A stretch of 64,000 nt of DNA from a virus (taxonomy: Duplodnaviria > Caudoviricetes). Positions within the stretch are counted from its first letter, which is position 1. Each line of letters opens with the position of its first letter. This document shows positions 7,684 to 16,634 of this stretch, piece by piece. Both the position numbers and the translations under genes were made by a program. Location: positions 624 to 64,623 of IMG/VR virus record IMGVR_UViG_3300022173_000064, one strand, 5' to 3'. The notes beneath the pieces were generated by a model. That model saw only the letters and a list, made by a program, of their open reading frames with translations. It was not told the DNA's origin and did no database searches.

Positions 7684-10600
7684 TGGACGACGGGGCCCTG
7701 CTTCCTACCGAAGATCCATTTGCCGACCTTGATCCGGAGCGCGCAGCCGCGCCAGCACCCACTGCGCCGGCCGGTAAGCCCCAGGTGCCGATCTCGCTGC
7801 CGGATGGCGTCGTGGCGCCGGTGGCCAACGATAACGAGCAGGGTAACCCTTTCGCCGAGTTCGGCGACGTCGGGCTGAGCGAAACGACCGCCAAGGGGGC
7901 ATTCGCCCGCGGCGCCGAGCGCGCGGCTCTCCCGGCGGCCGCCAGCCTCGTTGGTGCCGGCGCTGGCGCGGCGGGTGTGGTGGCGGGCGCGGCGGCTCTG
8001 GGGACGACCATCGGCCCATGGGGAACCGTCGGCGGCGCGATCGTCGGCGGCCTGGCTGCGGGCTATGGCGGGCAGGTAGCGCAAAGCTGGGTTTTGTCCA
8101 AATTGCCGGATTCGTGGGTCGATACCCTCGGGCTGGATGACCGGATGCAGCGGCTGGACGAGGCACAGCACGGCACCGCGTCGTTCCTTGGCGGTCTGGT
8201 CCCGTACACCTTGGCCATGCGCCCCGGCTCACAGCCTCTTATTGCGCTGCCAGAAAACGCTACCGCGATGCAGCGGGTGATGTCGAACAAGGCCACATCG
8301 GCCGTGTTCGGCGGCGCCATCAACGGCGGCATGGAACTCGGGCAGGAATACATCCAGGGCGAGGTCGACTGGCAAAAGGTCGGCATCGCGACCGCATTCG
8401 GGATGGTGTGGAACCAGCCGACGAAGTTCGGCCAGGCGCTGACATCGGTCGGAGAGCGGCCATTCCGCGCCCCGACTGTCCGGGCGCCAACCGTGGCCGA
8501 GGCCGGCGATCTCAAGGTGATGGGCCCGGGCGTCACGGAATCGGTGTTTCAGGGCACACAGGAGCAGGCCCCGAGCGCTGCGATGACAGCGCAGGAAACC
8601 GCGCGCGCCGAACGGATGGCGCTTGGTGAGACGCCGGAGCCCGATCTGCACGGCATCGCGCGGCAGATGGAGCCGGAATTATTCGCGGCCTATGACGACT
8701 TGCAGCGCCAGCGGGACACCTTTGCGGCGTGGCACGGCGAGGGCGGCGGTCATCCGGCCACAGAGGCGCACCTGGCTGCGACCGACGCGCAACTCAGGGA
8801 ATTGTCGCCGGAGATCGCGGCGGCGTACCGGCGGGCCGAGGAGACGCTGGGCCCGGTCGTCGACGAGCCAGCGCCGTTCCGGTCCTTTGCCGAGATGCTG
8901 GCGGCGCGAGAGAATGAAACAGGGAGGCCACCCGATGCAGGACAAATCCAAGCGCCGCAAGAAACCGCACCCGGCGGAGGACCGGGCATTCCGGATGGCG
9001 GTAAAATACCAAATCCCGTCGTCGGCGCTGGATCAGTTGCGGATGCTGGCGTTCCTGGCCCTCAACGAACCATTGGTGAACAACGGGCGAGTATCGCCAA
9101 CGATGTTGCAGAAAAGCTGATCGCGGCCGGCCGGCCGGAGGACGAGGCGCGCGCGGCTGGGCAGTTGGTTGCGGCGCGGTATGTCACCAGGGCCAGCCGG
9201 TTCGAGGGCAAACTTGGCACGCCCGAGGAGCTTTATGCGCGGGAAGGTGCCGCGATCGCGGGCCCGGAAGGTCGCCCGCGGCCGCCAGCGCAGGTCATCA
9301 GGGAGGTCGCGGCGCGCGGCGCGCAACAGAACGAGGCCGCACGCGCGGCGGACACTGCGGCGGTCGAGACAGCCGCGAAACCCCATGAGCCCGGCCTGAT
9401 CTCGCAGGACTTCGACACGTCCGATCGGATCAAAAACGAGTGGCGCAAGGCTGCGACGTTCACCGAGACGGAACCGTTTGTTGCTGCGTCGTGGCACAAC
9501 CAGCGGGCGCTCGGAGGGGTTGGAGATCAGATCGCCGCCGCGGTCGGCGTCGAATTCAAAAATCCCGGCATCAAGGCGCGGTCGACCGAGGATATCGCCA
9601 CGATCAAGGACGAGGGAAAGCGCAAACTGGCCGAGGCCAGCCGGCGCCGATTGGAAACCAAGGCCAAAAAGCACGGCATCGGCGGCGTCACGGACCAGGT
9701 TCGCGGCGGGTTCGACGTCCAGACGCCGGCCCAGGCCGACCAGGTAATTGCCGAACTGTCGAAGCATTTTCCTGTGGTCGACGAGGGTTGGCAAACCACG
9801 GCTGCGGGGTATTTCGACCGAAAGGCTTATGTCCGGTTCCCGGACGGCATGATCGGCGAGGTGCAGATTTGGCCGCCCGGCATGTTCCCGGTCAAGGATC
9901 GCGCGCACGGGCTTTATGAGGGCGTGCGGGAATTGCCGTCGTGGCACCCGATGGTGCCGCAGATCAACAAATCAGCCGCAGAGGTTTACGCCCCCGTGCG
10001 TGCCGCGCTCTCGGACGAGTGGAAGGCGGTTTTGGGCAGCGGCGGCAGCGAGCCGAACCGCTTGCCGAACGCGCCGGCCGAAAGCACCACGGCATCCGAG
10101 GCGTCTGCGGCATTGACCTCGGACCATTTTCCGCCGGAAAGCACCCAAGCCTCCGAGGGCGTCCAGAAACAGGGTTCGCCGTCCAGCGAACAGGATTTAA
10201 CTTCTGACATGTTTGGGACTCCTGCTGAGAATGTAGGGCCTCACGCCGAACCTGTCAACTCCGCGATTGACGCCGCCGACAAGATTAACTCGCTTTCGCC
10301 GGGAGAGCAAAAGCGAGAATTGCCGAAATACACAGCGACCGCAGAGCAGCCCGCAGGCGTCGACCAGCCGGCCGGCGTGTTCATGTTCGATCCGACCGCG
10401 ATCAACGTCGACGCCAAGCGATTCCAGTTCAAGAGCGGCGGCGACGAATACGGGGTGACGGGGGCGCTGCGGAGCGTCACCAAATGGAATCCGGCGAAAG
10501 CGCAGGCAATCATCGTCTGGGAGCAGACCGACGGCAAATTGTTCGTGGCCGACGGCCATCAGCGCGCGGGCCTGGCGCGGCGCCTGACCGAGCAGGGCAA

Positions 10601-13600
10601 AGCCAAGGGCATCGAATTGCCGGGCATCCTGTACCGGGAAAAGGACGGGGTTTCGGCGGACGATATCCGCGCCATCGCCGCGGTGACGAACATTGCGAAC
10701 GGGTCCGGGTCGGCGATCGACGGCGCCAAGGTGCTGCGGGCGCGGCCGGACCTGATGGATGGTTCCCTGCCGTTGTCGGTCGGCAAGGGCAAGCAGGCTG
10801 CGGCGCTGGCGCGGCTGGGCGATGAACCGTTCAAAATGGTGGTGAACGACGTCGTTCCCGAGCATTACGGGGCCGTGGTCGGGGAATTGATCCCGAACGA
10901 CCCGGCGCGGCAAGAGGCGGCGATCAAGGCCATCGCCCGGTTCGAGCCGAAGAATGCCGACGAGGCAGCGGTGCTGACCCAGCGGGTTGCGCAGGCCGAA
11001 CTCGCCAAGGCCGAGGAGGGCGCGCAGGGGTCGATGTTCGGCGACCTCGAGACGGTGGAATCGACCGCCGGCGAGGAGATGAAGATCGTCGGCCGGGCGA
11101 TCGCGGACCTGAAAAAGGACAAGGGGCTATTCCGCCGCGTTCTGGCGAATGCCGAGCGGATTGAGCAGACCGGTTCACAGATTGAGCGCGGCGCGGCGGA
11201 ATCCATCGCTTCGGACGCGGAAGTGTTTGCTAAAACGCTATCTTCGGATGCATATTCTGCGGGACCGATCCGGGACGAACTTGTTACCGCTGCAAGGGAT
11301 CTGAAAAATGGAAAATCCAGCCTCGCCGACGCTTCGGAGAGAATTGTCGCTGCCCTCCGGACCCAGGTTGAAGCGCATGGCCTTAATCGGCCTCGGGATA
11401 TCGGAGGCGTTGAACCGCAAGCCGCAAAAGAGTTCGCGCAAAACAAAACCGTCGCAGAACTCGAATCCGAATACCACCGCGCCCAAGAAGTAACGCGCGA
11501 AGCTTATCAGGTCGACGAGCCCAACCCCGACACGAAGGCGGCCGCACTGGCTGCCGAGAAGGCCGCGCGCGAGGCGTGGCTTTCTGCCTCTCGCAGCGAT
11601 TCGCTGTTCGAGCCCGGCGCCGAGGGCAAACCCCAACAACTGATCCCCGGCGTCGCGCCAGTCACGCAGCGCGACCTGATCCAAGCCGCAGCGAACAAGC
11701 CGCTCAAGCCCCGCGTCGCACAGAAAGATGCCGGCGGCCTGTTCGGCGATTCGATGGATCAGAAAGAACTGTTCCAGATCGCCCGCGGCAAGATCACCAT
11801 CTCCCCGAACAAGCGGCCGATCATCCGCCTGCTCAAGGATGCAAATGCCAGTACTTTTGTCCACGAATCTGGGCATCAGTACCTTGAGGAGATGATGCGC
11901 GACGTGGCGCACAAGGACGCGCCGGACGTCATCAAGAAGGACGCCAAGACGGTCCGCGACTGGTTCGGGATCGGCGCCGACGACGAGATCAAGACCAAGC
12001 ACCATGAGAAATTCGCCCGCGGTTTCGAGCAATACATCCGGGAGGGTGTCGCACCGTCGAAGGAACTGGCGGGCGTGTTTTCCAAGTTCCGGGACTGGCT
12101 GCTTTCGATCTACCAGAGCATTCGCGGCCTCGGGCAGGAGATCAACCCGGACATCCGCGCCGTGTTCGATCGGCTGCTGGAAATGGAGCCGCAGCGAACC
12201 GTGGTTGCGCGGCCGCAGGACCAGCCGTCGCTCCTGCACGATATCCATGAGGCGGAAGCCCGCACCATCGAACCGCACGAGGCCGAGCCGGCAATGGACC
12301 GCGTTCTGGCCGAGCATCAGCGTTATACGACCGAATTCCCGCCGGAGGTCTCCCGTGAGCTCGAAACCGCAAGAGCCGAAATCCAAGCCGAAGATGCTAT
12401 CGCTGCCGGAGAAGGTGGCGCTGGCGGAATCGGAGTTCAACCTGTGGAGCCGGGTGGCAGCCCGCCCGGGGCTCAGCCCGAAGGCGGCGCTGGCGGCGCG
12501 GAACGCGGCCCGGTCAAGCCGAGCGGCGATGCAACTCGGGCAGAAGGCGTTAAGCCTGTCACCGACCGCCGATCCGGCCTTGGCGACCATGCTTCAACCG
12601 CCCTTGCACCCGGGCCTGCAGACCTCTTTGGCCCCAGAGAGTCCCAGTTCACCGACCGAGCCGGGAACATCCGCATAGAGAACCTGACCACGAATGACGA
12701 CGTTGCGCAGGCGATCCGGGATTCGGCGGCGGAGAACAACGATTTCATCGGGGACCGCCGCGGCGTCATTACCGACGGCCAGGTGGTGGAGTTGGCGGAC
12801 GCGCTCGGGATGGACGCCGCGAAGTTGAACCAGCGCCATGTCGGGCAGGCGTTTAACGCCGAGCAGATCGTGGCGGCGCGCAAGTTGCTGATCGAATCGG
12901 CGACAGATGTCTCCGCGGCGATGCGCCGGGCCGCCACGGGCACGGACGAGGACGTCATGGCCTATGCACAGGCCAAGGACCGTCATCAGATGATCCAGGC
13001 GCAGGTGTCCGGGATCACTGCGGAAGCCGGCCGCGCTCTCCGCGCATTCCGCTCGCTGGCCGGGCAGGAAGCCGCAAAGGGCGTCGACCAATTCATCCGC
13101 GAGGCGACAGGCAAAACCCTGTTCCAGCTTCGCCAGGAGGCCCAGCTTGGGCTCTCGCTCGAAACCCCGCAGCAGGTGTCCAAATTCATGATGGACGCCC
13201 AGAACCGGTCCTTTGGCCGGATGGTGTTCGAATTCTGGATCAATTCCATCCTGTCCGGCCCGTCAACGCACGCCACGAACATCATCGGCAACGCCATTTT
13301 GGCGGCGCAGCATTTCGGACCTGAGACGGCGATCGCCGCGCTGCTCGGCCGCGTGCGAAGCGGGATGGGACGCGAGGGGCAGACGGTGCGGTTCGGCGAG
13401 ATCGGCGCAGCGGTCCGGGGCGCGCGCAGCGGCATGGCGCCGGCGCTCATGGCGACTGGCGAGGCGGCCAAAAAGGGCGCCGCGGTGCTCCTGCCGGGCG
13501 AGAAGGTTCACGTCCCGATGGATGTGCAGCCCCACGATGCGCTGGCGATGCGCGGGACGCTGGACGAGGCCGCCAAATACTCGGACCTGGTTCAAGGTAC

Positions 13601-15128
13601 GTTCGGAGCCATGCAGGGGCTCAAGGACGCCATGCTATCGGTTGGCGTGCTGCTCAAGGGCGGCGTCGAGGGATCCCCGCTGATCGGGACGCAGTTTTCG
13701 CACCTTGGGGCCATCCCGGATATTCAGGTGCGAGGCGTCACCGTGGCGCCGATCGGAACAATTGTTCGCGCGCCCGGGCGATTTCTCGCGACTGCCGACT
13801 CGTTTTTCCGCTCGCTCAACTATTCGATGGCAAAGAACGCGCTTGCTTACCGCACTGCGGCGGGTGAGGGGCTGCGCGGGACCGAGTTCGACGCGCGCGT
13901 GGCGGAACTGCGGAGCAGCCCGCCCGAGGCTATGATGGAGGAGGCGCGCGGCGTGGCCGTGTCCGCCACGCTCATGAGCCGCGGCGGTCAATTCGTGCAG
14001 GCTATGAACCGCCTGACATCGGCGACGGTGGACCTCCCGCTGGCCGGCGAGATTGCGCCCCTTAAATTCGTGGCCCCGTTCGTCAACATCGCGGGGCAAA
14101 TCCTCAACCAGTCGATCATCCAGCGCAGCCCAGTCGGACTGCTCTCCAAGGAACTCCGGGCCGATCTGGCTGGCAAGAATGGCTCCGTCGCGCAGGACAT
14201 GGCGACGGCACGCATGCTGCTCGGGACGGCGATCACGGTCGGCGTCGGCATGCTGGCCGCGGAGGGGTTCGCCACGGGCTCGGGGCCGAAAAAGCCTGAG
14301 GAAAATTCGATGTGGCGGATGGCCGGCAACCAGGCGCACAGCGTCCGGATCGGCTCCCTCTGGTACAAGGTGGACAAGCTGGGTCCGCTCGGCTTGCTGA
14401 TGGGCATGGCCGCGGACCTTTACGAGGTTTCGCAGAAGGCATCCGCCGGCGAATACACCAAGGCCGCGGCCTTCCTGCATCACGCATTCGTGCAGAACAT
14501 CCTCGATCAGTCGTTCATGAAGGGGCCGGCCGACCTGATCCAAGCCGTCAGTGACCCCGACCGGTACGGCGAGCGCTATATCCGCAATTTCCTCTCCAGC
14601 TATGTCCCGAACGTCCTGGCGCAGCACGCGCGGCGGGAGGATCCATATATGCGGGAAACGCGGACGGTGATCGACGCGATGAAGGCGCGCATCCCCGGCG
14701 TTTCCGAATCGCTTGCGCCAAAGATCGACATTTGGGGCGAGCCGATGCCGAACCAGGAAGCACTCGGCGGCAAGGGTGTTACCGGCATCTATGTGAAGAA
14801 GATGAACGACGACCCCGTGAACAAGGCGATGCTCGCCTTGGGCGTTACCCCGGGAGCGGTCGAGAAGAAGATTCGCGGCTTTGAGCTCTCGCCAGAGCAA
14901 TACGAGTTTTACGCCCGCACAGCCGGCCGCATGACCAAGATGCGGCTCGATACGATCGTCAAATCCCCGGATTTTGAACGGTGGCCGCGCGAGGCCAAGG
15001 TGAGCGTGATCCAGGAGGTTATCAACGGCTGCCGTGAGACGGCCCGCGGCGCCACCATGGCGAAGTGGCCGAACATCCCGCGCGACGCCGCCGATCTGAA
15101 ACTGAAAAAACTGAGGGGCGAAAAATGA
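7683..15128 (+). CDS. Giant polyvalent ejection protein (RelA/SpoT-like, ParB-like, zincin-like HExxH domains; gp16/LPD38-like C-terminus)
   Basis: 2481 aa; DQVRG..GYFD..GEVQIW..HGLYE (about 9490-9975); VADGHQR (about 10540-10565); STFVHESGH..HEKFARGFEQY (about 11850-12040); helical C-terminal region ending ..PKIDIWGEP..; last gene of ejectosome cluster. Confidence 0.85.
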   Translation: MDDGALLPTEDPFADLDPERAAAPAPTAPAGKPQVPISLPDGVVAPVANDNEQGNPFAEFGDVGLSETTAKGAFARGAERAALPAAASLVGAGAGAAGVVAGAAALGTTIGPWGTVGGAIVGGLAAGYGGQVAQSWVLSKLPDSWVDTLGLDDRMQRLDEAQHGTASFLGGLVPYTLAMRPGSQPLIALPENATAMQRVMSNKATSAVFGGAINGGMELGQEYIQGEVDWQKVGIATAFGMVWNQPTKFGQALTSVGERPFRAPTVRAPTVAEAGDLKVMGPGVTESVFQGTQEQAPSAAMTAQETARAERMALGETPEPDLHGIARQMEPELFAAYDDLQRQRDTFAAWHGEGGGHPATEAHLAATDAQLRELSPEIAAAYRRAEETLGPVVDEPAPFRSFAEMLAARENETGRPPDAGQIQAPQETAPGGGPGIPDGGKIPNPVVGAGSVADAGVPGPQRTIGEQRASIANDVAEKLIAAGRPEDEARAAGQLVAARYVTRASRFEGKLGTPEELYAREGAAIAGPEGRPRPPAQVIREVAARGAQQNEAARAADTAAVETAAKPHEPGLISQDFDTSDRIKNEWRKAATFTETEPFVAASWHNQRALGGVGDQIAAAVGVEFKNPGIKARSTEDIATIKDEGKRKLAEASRRRLETKAKKHGIGGVTDQVRGGFDVQTPAQADQVIAELSKHFPVVDEGWQTTAAGYFDRKAYVRFPDGMIGEVQIWPPGMFPVKDRAHGLYEGVRELPSWHPMVPQINKSAAEVYAPVRAALSDEWKAVLGSGGSEPNRLPNAPAESTTASEASAALTSDHFPPESTQASEGVQKQGSPSSEQDLTSDMFGTPAENVGPHAEPVNSAIDAADKINSLSPGEQKRELPKYTATAEQPAGVDQPAGVFMFDPTAINVDAKRFQFKSGGDEYGVTGALRSVTKWNPAKAQAIIVWEQTDGKLFVADGHQRAGLARRLTEQGKAKGIELPGILYREKDGVSADDIRAIAAVTNIANGSGSAIDGAKVLRARPDLMDGSLPLSVGKGKQAAALARLGDEPFKMVVNDVVPEHYGAVVGELIPNDPARQEAAIKAIARFEPKNADEAAVLTQRVAQAELAKAEEGAQGSMFGDLETVESTAGEEMKIVGRAIADLKKDKGLFRRVLANAERIEQTGSQIERGAAESIASDAEVFAKTLSSDAYSAGPIRDELVTAARDLKNGKSSLADASERIVAALRTQVEAHGLNRPRDIGGVEPQAAKEFAQNKTVAELESEYHRAQEVTREAYQVDEPNPDTKAAALAAEKAAREAWLSASRSDSLFEPGAEGKPQQLIPGVAPVTQRDLIQAAANKPLKPRVAQKDAGGLFGDSMDQKELFQIARGKITISPNKRPIIRLLKDANASTFVHESGHQYLEEMMRDVAHKDAPDVIKKDAKTVRDWFGIGADDEIKTKHHEKFARGFEQYIREGVAPSKELAGVFSKFRDWLLSIYQSIRGLGQEINPDIRAVFDRLLEMEPQRTVVARPQDQPSLLHDIHEAEARTIEPHEAEPAMDRVLAEHQRYTTEFPPEVSRELETARAEIQAEDAIAAGEGGAGGIGVQPVEPGGSPPGAQPEGGAGGAERGPVKPSGDATRAEGVKPVTDRRSGLGDHASTALAPGPADLFGPRESQFTDRAGNIRIENLTTNDDVAQAIRDSAAENNDFIGDRRGVITDGQVVELADALGMDAAKLNQRHVGQAFNAEQIVAARKLLIESATDVSAAMRRAATGTDEDVMAYAQAKDRHQMIQAQVSGITAEAGRALRAFRSLAGQEAAKGVDQFIREATGKTLFQLRQEAQLGLSLETPQQVSKFMMDAQNRSFGRMVFEFWINSILSGPSTHATNIIGNAILAAQHFGPETAIAALLGRVRSGMGREGQTVRFGEIGAAVRGARSGMAPALMATGEAAKKGAAVLLPGEKVHVPMDVQPHDALAMRGTLDEAAKYSDLVQGTFGAMQGLKDAMLSVGVLLKGGVEGSPLIGTQFSHLGAIPDIQVRGVTVAPIGTIVRAPGRFLATADSFFRSLNYSMAKNALAYRTAAGEGLRGTEFDARVAELRSSPPEAMMEEARGVAVSATLMSRGGQFVQAMNRLTSATVDLPLAGEIAPLKFVAPFVNIAGQILNQSIIQRSPVGLLSKELRADLAGKNGSVAQDMATARMLLGTAITVGVGMLAAEGFATGSGPKKPEENSMWRMAGNQAHSVRIGSLWYKVDKLGPLGLLMGMAADLYEVSQKASAGEYTKAAAFLHHAFVQNILDQSFMKGPADLIQAVSDPDRYGERYIRNFLSSYVPNVLAQHARREDPYMRETRTVIDAMKARIPGVSESLAPKIDIWGEPMPNQEALGGKGVTGIYVKKMNDDPVNKAMLALGVTPGAVEKKIRGFELSPEQYEFYARTAGRMTKMRLDTIVKSPDFERWPREAKVSVIQEVINGCRETARGATMAKWPNIPRDAADLKLKKLRGEK
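8935..9120 (+). CDS. Nested +1-frame small ORF (61 aa) in giant gene
   Basis: SD AGGGAGG at 8921-8927; MQDKSKRRKKPHPAEDRAFRMAVKYQIPSSALDQLRMLAFLALNEPLV..; most codons end in G/C in this frame. Confidence 0.45.
   Translation: MQDKSKRRKKPHPAEDRAFRMAVKYQIPSSALDQLRMLAFLALNEPLVNNGRVSPTMLQKS
9986..10210 (-). CDS. Nested antisense gene (74 aa), candidate antitoxin for the RelA/SpoT-like domain
   Basis: SD AGGAG 8 nt upstream of ATG; own TTGACA-N17-TACATT promoter; W/F/C-containing globular-looking product where the sense frame is an S/T/A/P/E linker. Confidence 0.65.
   Translation of the reverse strand: MSEVKSCSLDGEPCFWTPSEAWVLSGGKWSEVNAADASDAVVLSAGAFGKRFGSLPPLPKTAFHSSESAARTGA
10230..10258 (-). 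promoter_or_regulatory. Sigma70-type promoter TTGACA-N17-TACATT for antisense gene
   Basis: Minus strand GTTGACAGGTTCGGCGTGAGGCCCTACATT; resembles the early promoter at 26863-26891. Confidence 0.65.
11308..11493 (+). CDS. Possible nested +1-frame small ORF (61 aa)
   Basis: AGGGA about 9 nt upstream; RLKRMALIGLGISEALN segment; lies in an atypical-codon stretch of the giant gene. Confidence 0.3.
   Translation: MENPASPTLRRELSLPSGPRLKRMALIGLGISEALNRKPQKSSRKTKPSQNSNPNTTAPKK
12394..12678 (+). CDS. Nested +1-frame ORF (94 aa) in giant gene
   Basis: MLSLPEKVALAESEFNLWSRVAARPGLSPKAALAARNAARSSRAAMQLGQKAL; about 27 of the first 30 codons end in G/C, while the main frame is a G/P linker with A/T-ending codons. 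Weak SD. Confidence 0.45.
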   Translation: MLSLPEKVALAESEFNLWSRVAARPGLSPKAALAARNAARSSRAAMQLGQKALSLSPTADPALATMLQPPLHPGLQTSLAPESPSSPTEPGTSA

Positions 15129-15298
15129 CCGTTCCGCCGCCGATGCCGCCACAGTCGGCCCAGAAGCCGGAACGCCCGCGCGTCGCGCCGATATTGACGC
15201 CGGCTATCCGCATCGTTACGGCGCGCACCACGCGCCATATGTTGAAGCCGTCGGATGATCCACCGCCACAGGTTGATAATCCCGCCGAACCGTCCTAG
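15125..15298 (+). CDS. Hypothetical Pro-rich small protein
   Basis: ATGA overlap with giant gene stop; no recognised motif. Confidence 0.3.
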   Translation: MTVPPPMPPQSAQKPERPRVAPILTPAIRIVTARTTRHMLKPSDDPPPQVDNPAEPS

Positions 15299-15389
15299 GA
15301 TGTGACATATACAGCACACGGGGCCCGTCAACTATGGCATGGACGTTGCGAGATGCAGGCTATGCCAAGATGCGGGGCAAGTCCTGATC

Positions 15390-16634
15390 ATGGCGCGCCT
15401 CGCAAACTGCCTTGTTACGTTGCGCGCCCAGATCGACGCTCGCTGGCCGAACCGCAGCAAGTCTAACGATGGATGGATCGGAGACGCGGATCATCAGACG
15501 CGCCCGTCAGACCATAATCCGGGCGATGACGGCGTTGTCGAGGCAATCGACGTCACGCACGATCCGGCCGGCGGGTTCGACAGCTACGTGTTCGCGGAAT
15601 TGCTGCGCAACAAGCGTGATCGCCGTATCGAGTATGTGATCTCGAACGGGCGCATCTTCTATGCTGGCGGCGCGATGCCGTGGCAGTGGCAGAGCTATTC
15701 GGGCGCCAGCCCGCACACGGCGCACGTCCATATCTCCTGTCAGCCTTCAGCCTCGGTTTATGACGACGCATCGGCGTGGGACATCGAGAGTGCGCCGGAG
15801 CGCCCCGGCGTGCATCGCGGCATCGTGGCGACGTATTTCGGCGGGCCGTCCGACGCCATGTCAGGAACCAAGACTGCCTATGGAAGCCTGATTGCGCCGG
15901 GCTGGTGGGACCGTCCAGGCGTTGCCCTGCCGGCGCGCATCAACGACCGTCCATTGCCGTTGGTCAGGGTCACCTACAACGGCAAGTCCGTCATCTGCCC
16001 GGTGATTGACGTGGGTCCATGGAACACCAAGGATCCGTACTGGGCATCCGGAACACGGCCGCAAGCGGAGACCGGCTTCGATATGACCGGCCGCAAAACC
16101 AACCTCGCCGGCATCGACCTCACACGAGCAGCAGCCAATGCCATCGACCTTCCCGGAAAGGGATTGGTTGATTGGGAATTCATAAAGGAAAACGGAATGT
16201 CTGAACCTACCGACGATCTGGTCACGCAAATTCAGAGCCTGCGGGCCGAACTCGCACAGTTGCCGGCCGCTATCGTGGCCGCGCTCAAGGGTACTGCGCC
16301 CGCGCCTGTGCCACCTTCCGCGCCGCTACCGCCCGATCCAGCGCCATCGCCTGTTCCGCCGGTGGTGGTGGTGCCGCCCTCGACAACACCGATCCTCGAA
16401 AAGCCGGGCGTCGGCTTGGGCGTACTCGGCGCTATCCTGACTGGAATACTGAGCAGTTCCGGCTACATCGGGCCAGTGACGGGCGAAGAAGCTGCGTCTA
16501 CGGGGCAGCTGCCGCTACTCATTTCGGCCGGCGTTGCCGCCTTGGGTGCGACTGGCATGTTTGGATCATGGGGCACTGCACTGAAAGCCGTCGGGCCGCT
16601 ATTGGTGAAGCTGCTGGGAGGCAAGCCGCAGTGA
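15390..16634 (+). CDS. Endolysin: M15/LAS-like peptidase + RlpA-like DPBB domain + C-terminal hydrophobic helices
   Basis: GWIGDADH..SDHNP..AIDVTH..HTAHVHIS; then ATYFGG..VICPVIDVGPW..GIDLTRAAA; Pro-rich linker; two hydrophobic segments at the C-terminus. Confidence 0.8.
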   Translation: MARLANCLVTLRAQIDARWPNRSKSNDGWIGDADHQTRPSDHNPGDDGVVEAIDVTHDPAGGFDSYVFAELLRNKRDRRIEYVISNGRIFYAGGAMPWQWQSYSGASPHTAHVHISCQPSASVYDDASAWDIESAPERPGVHRGIVATYFGGPSDAMSGTKTAYGSLIAPGWWDRPGVALPARINDRPLPLVRVTYNGKSVICPVIDVGPWNTKDPYWASGTRPQAETGFDMTGRKTNLAGIDLTRAAANAIDLPGKGLVDWEFIKENGMSEPTDDLVTQIQSLRAELAQLPAAIVAALKGTAPAPVPPSAPLPPDPAPSPVPPVVVVPPSTTPILEKPGVGLGVLGAILTGILSSSGYIGPVTGEEAASTGQLPLLISAGVAALGATGMFGSWGTALKAVGPLLVKLLGGKPQ

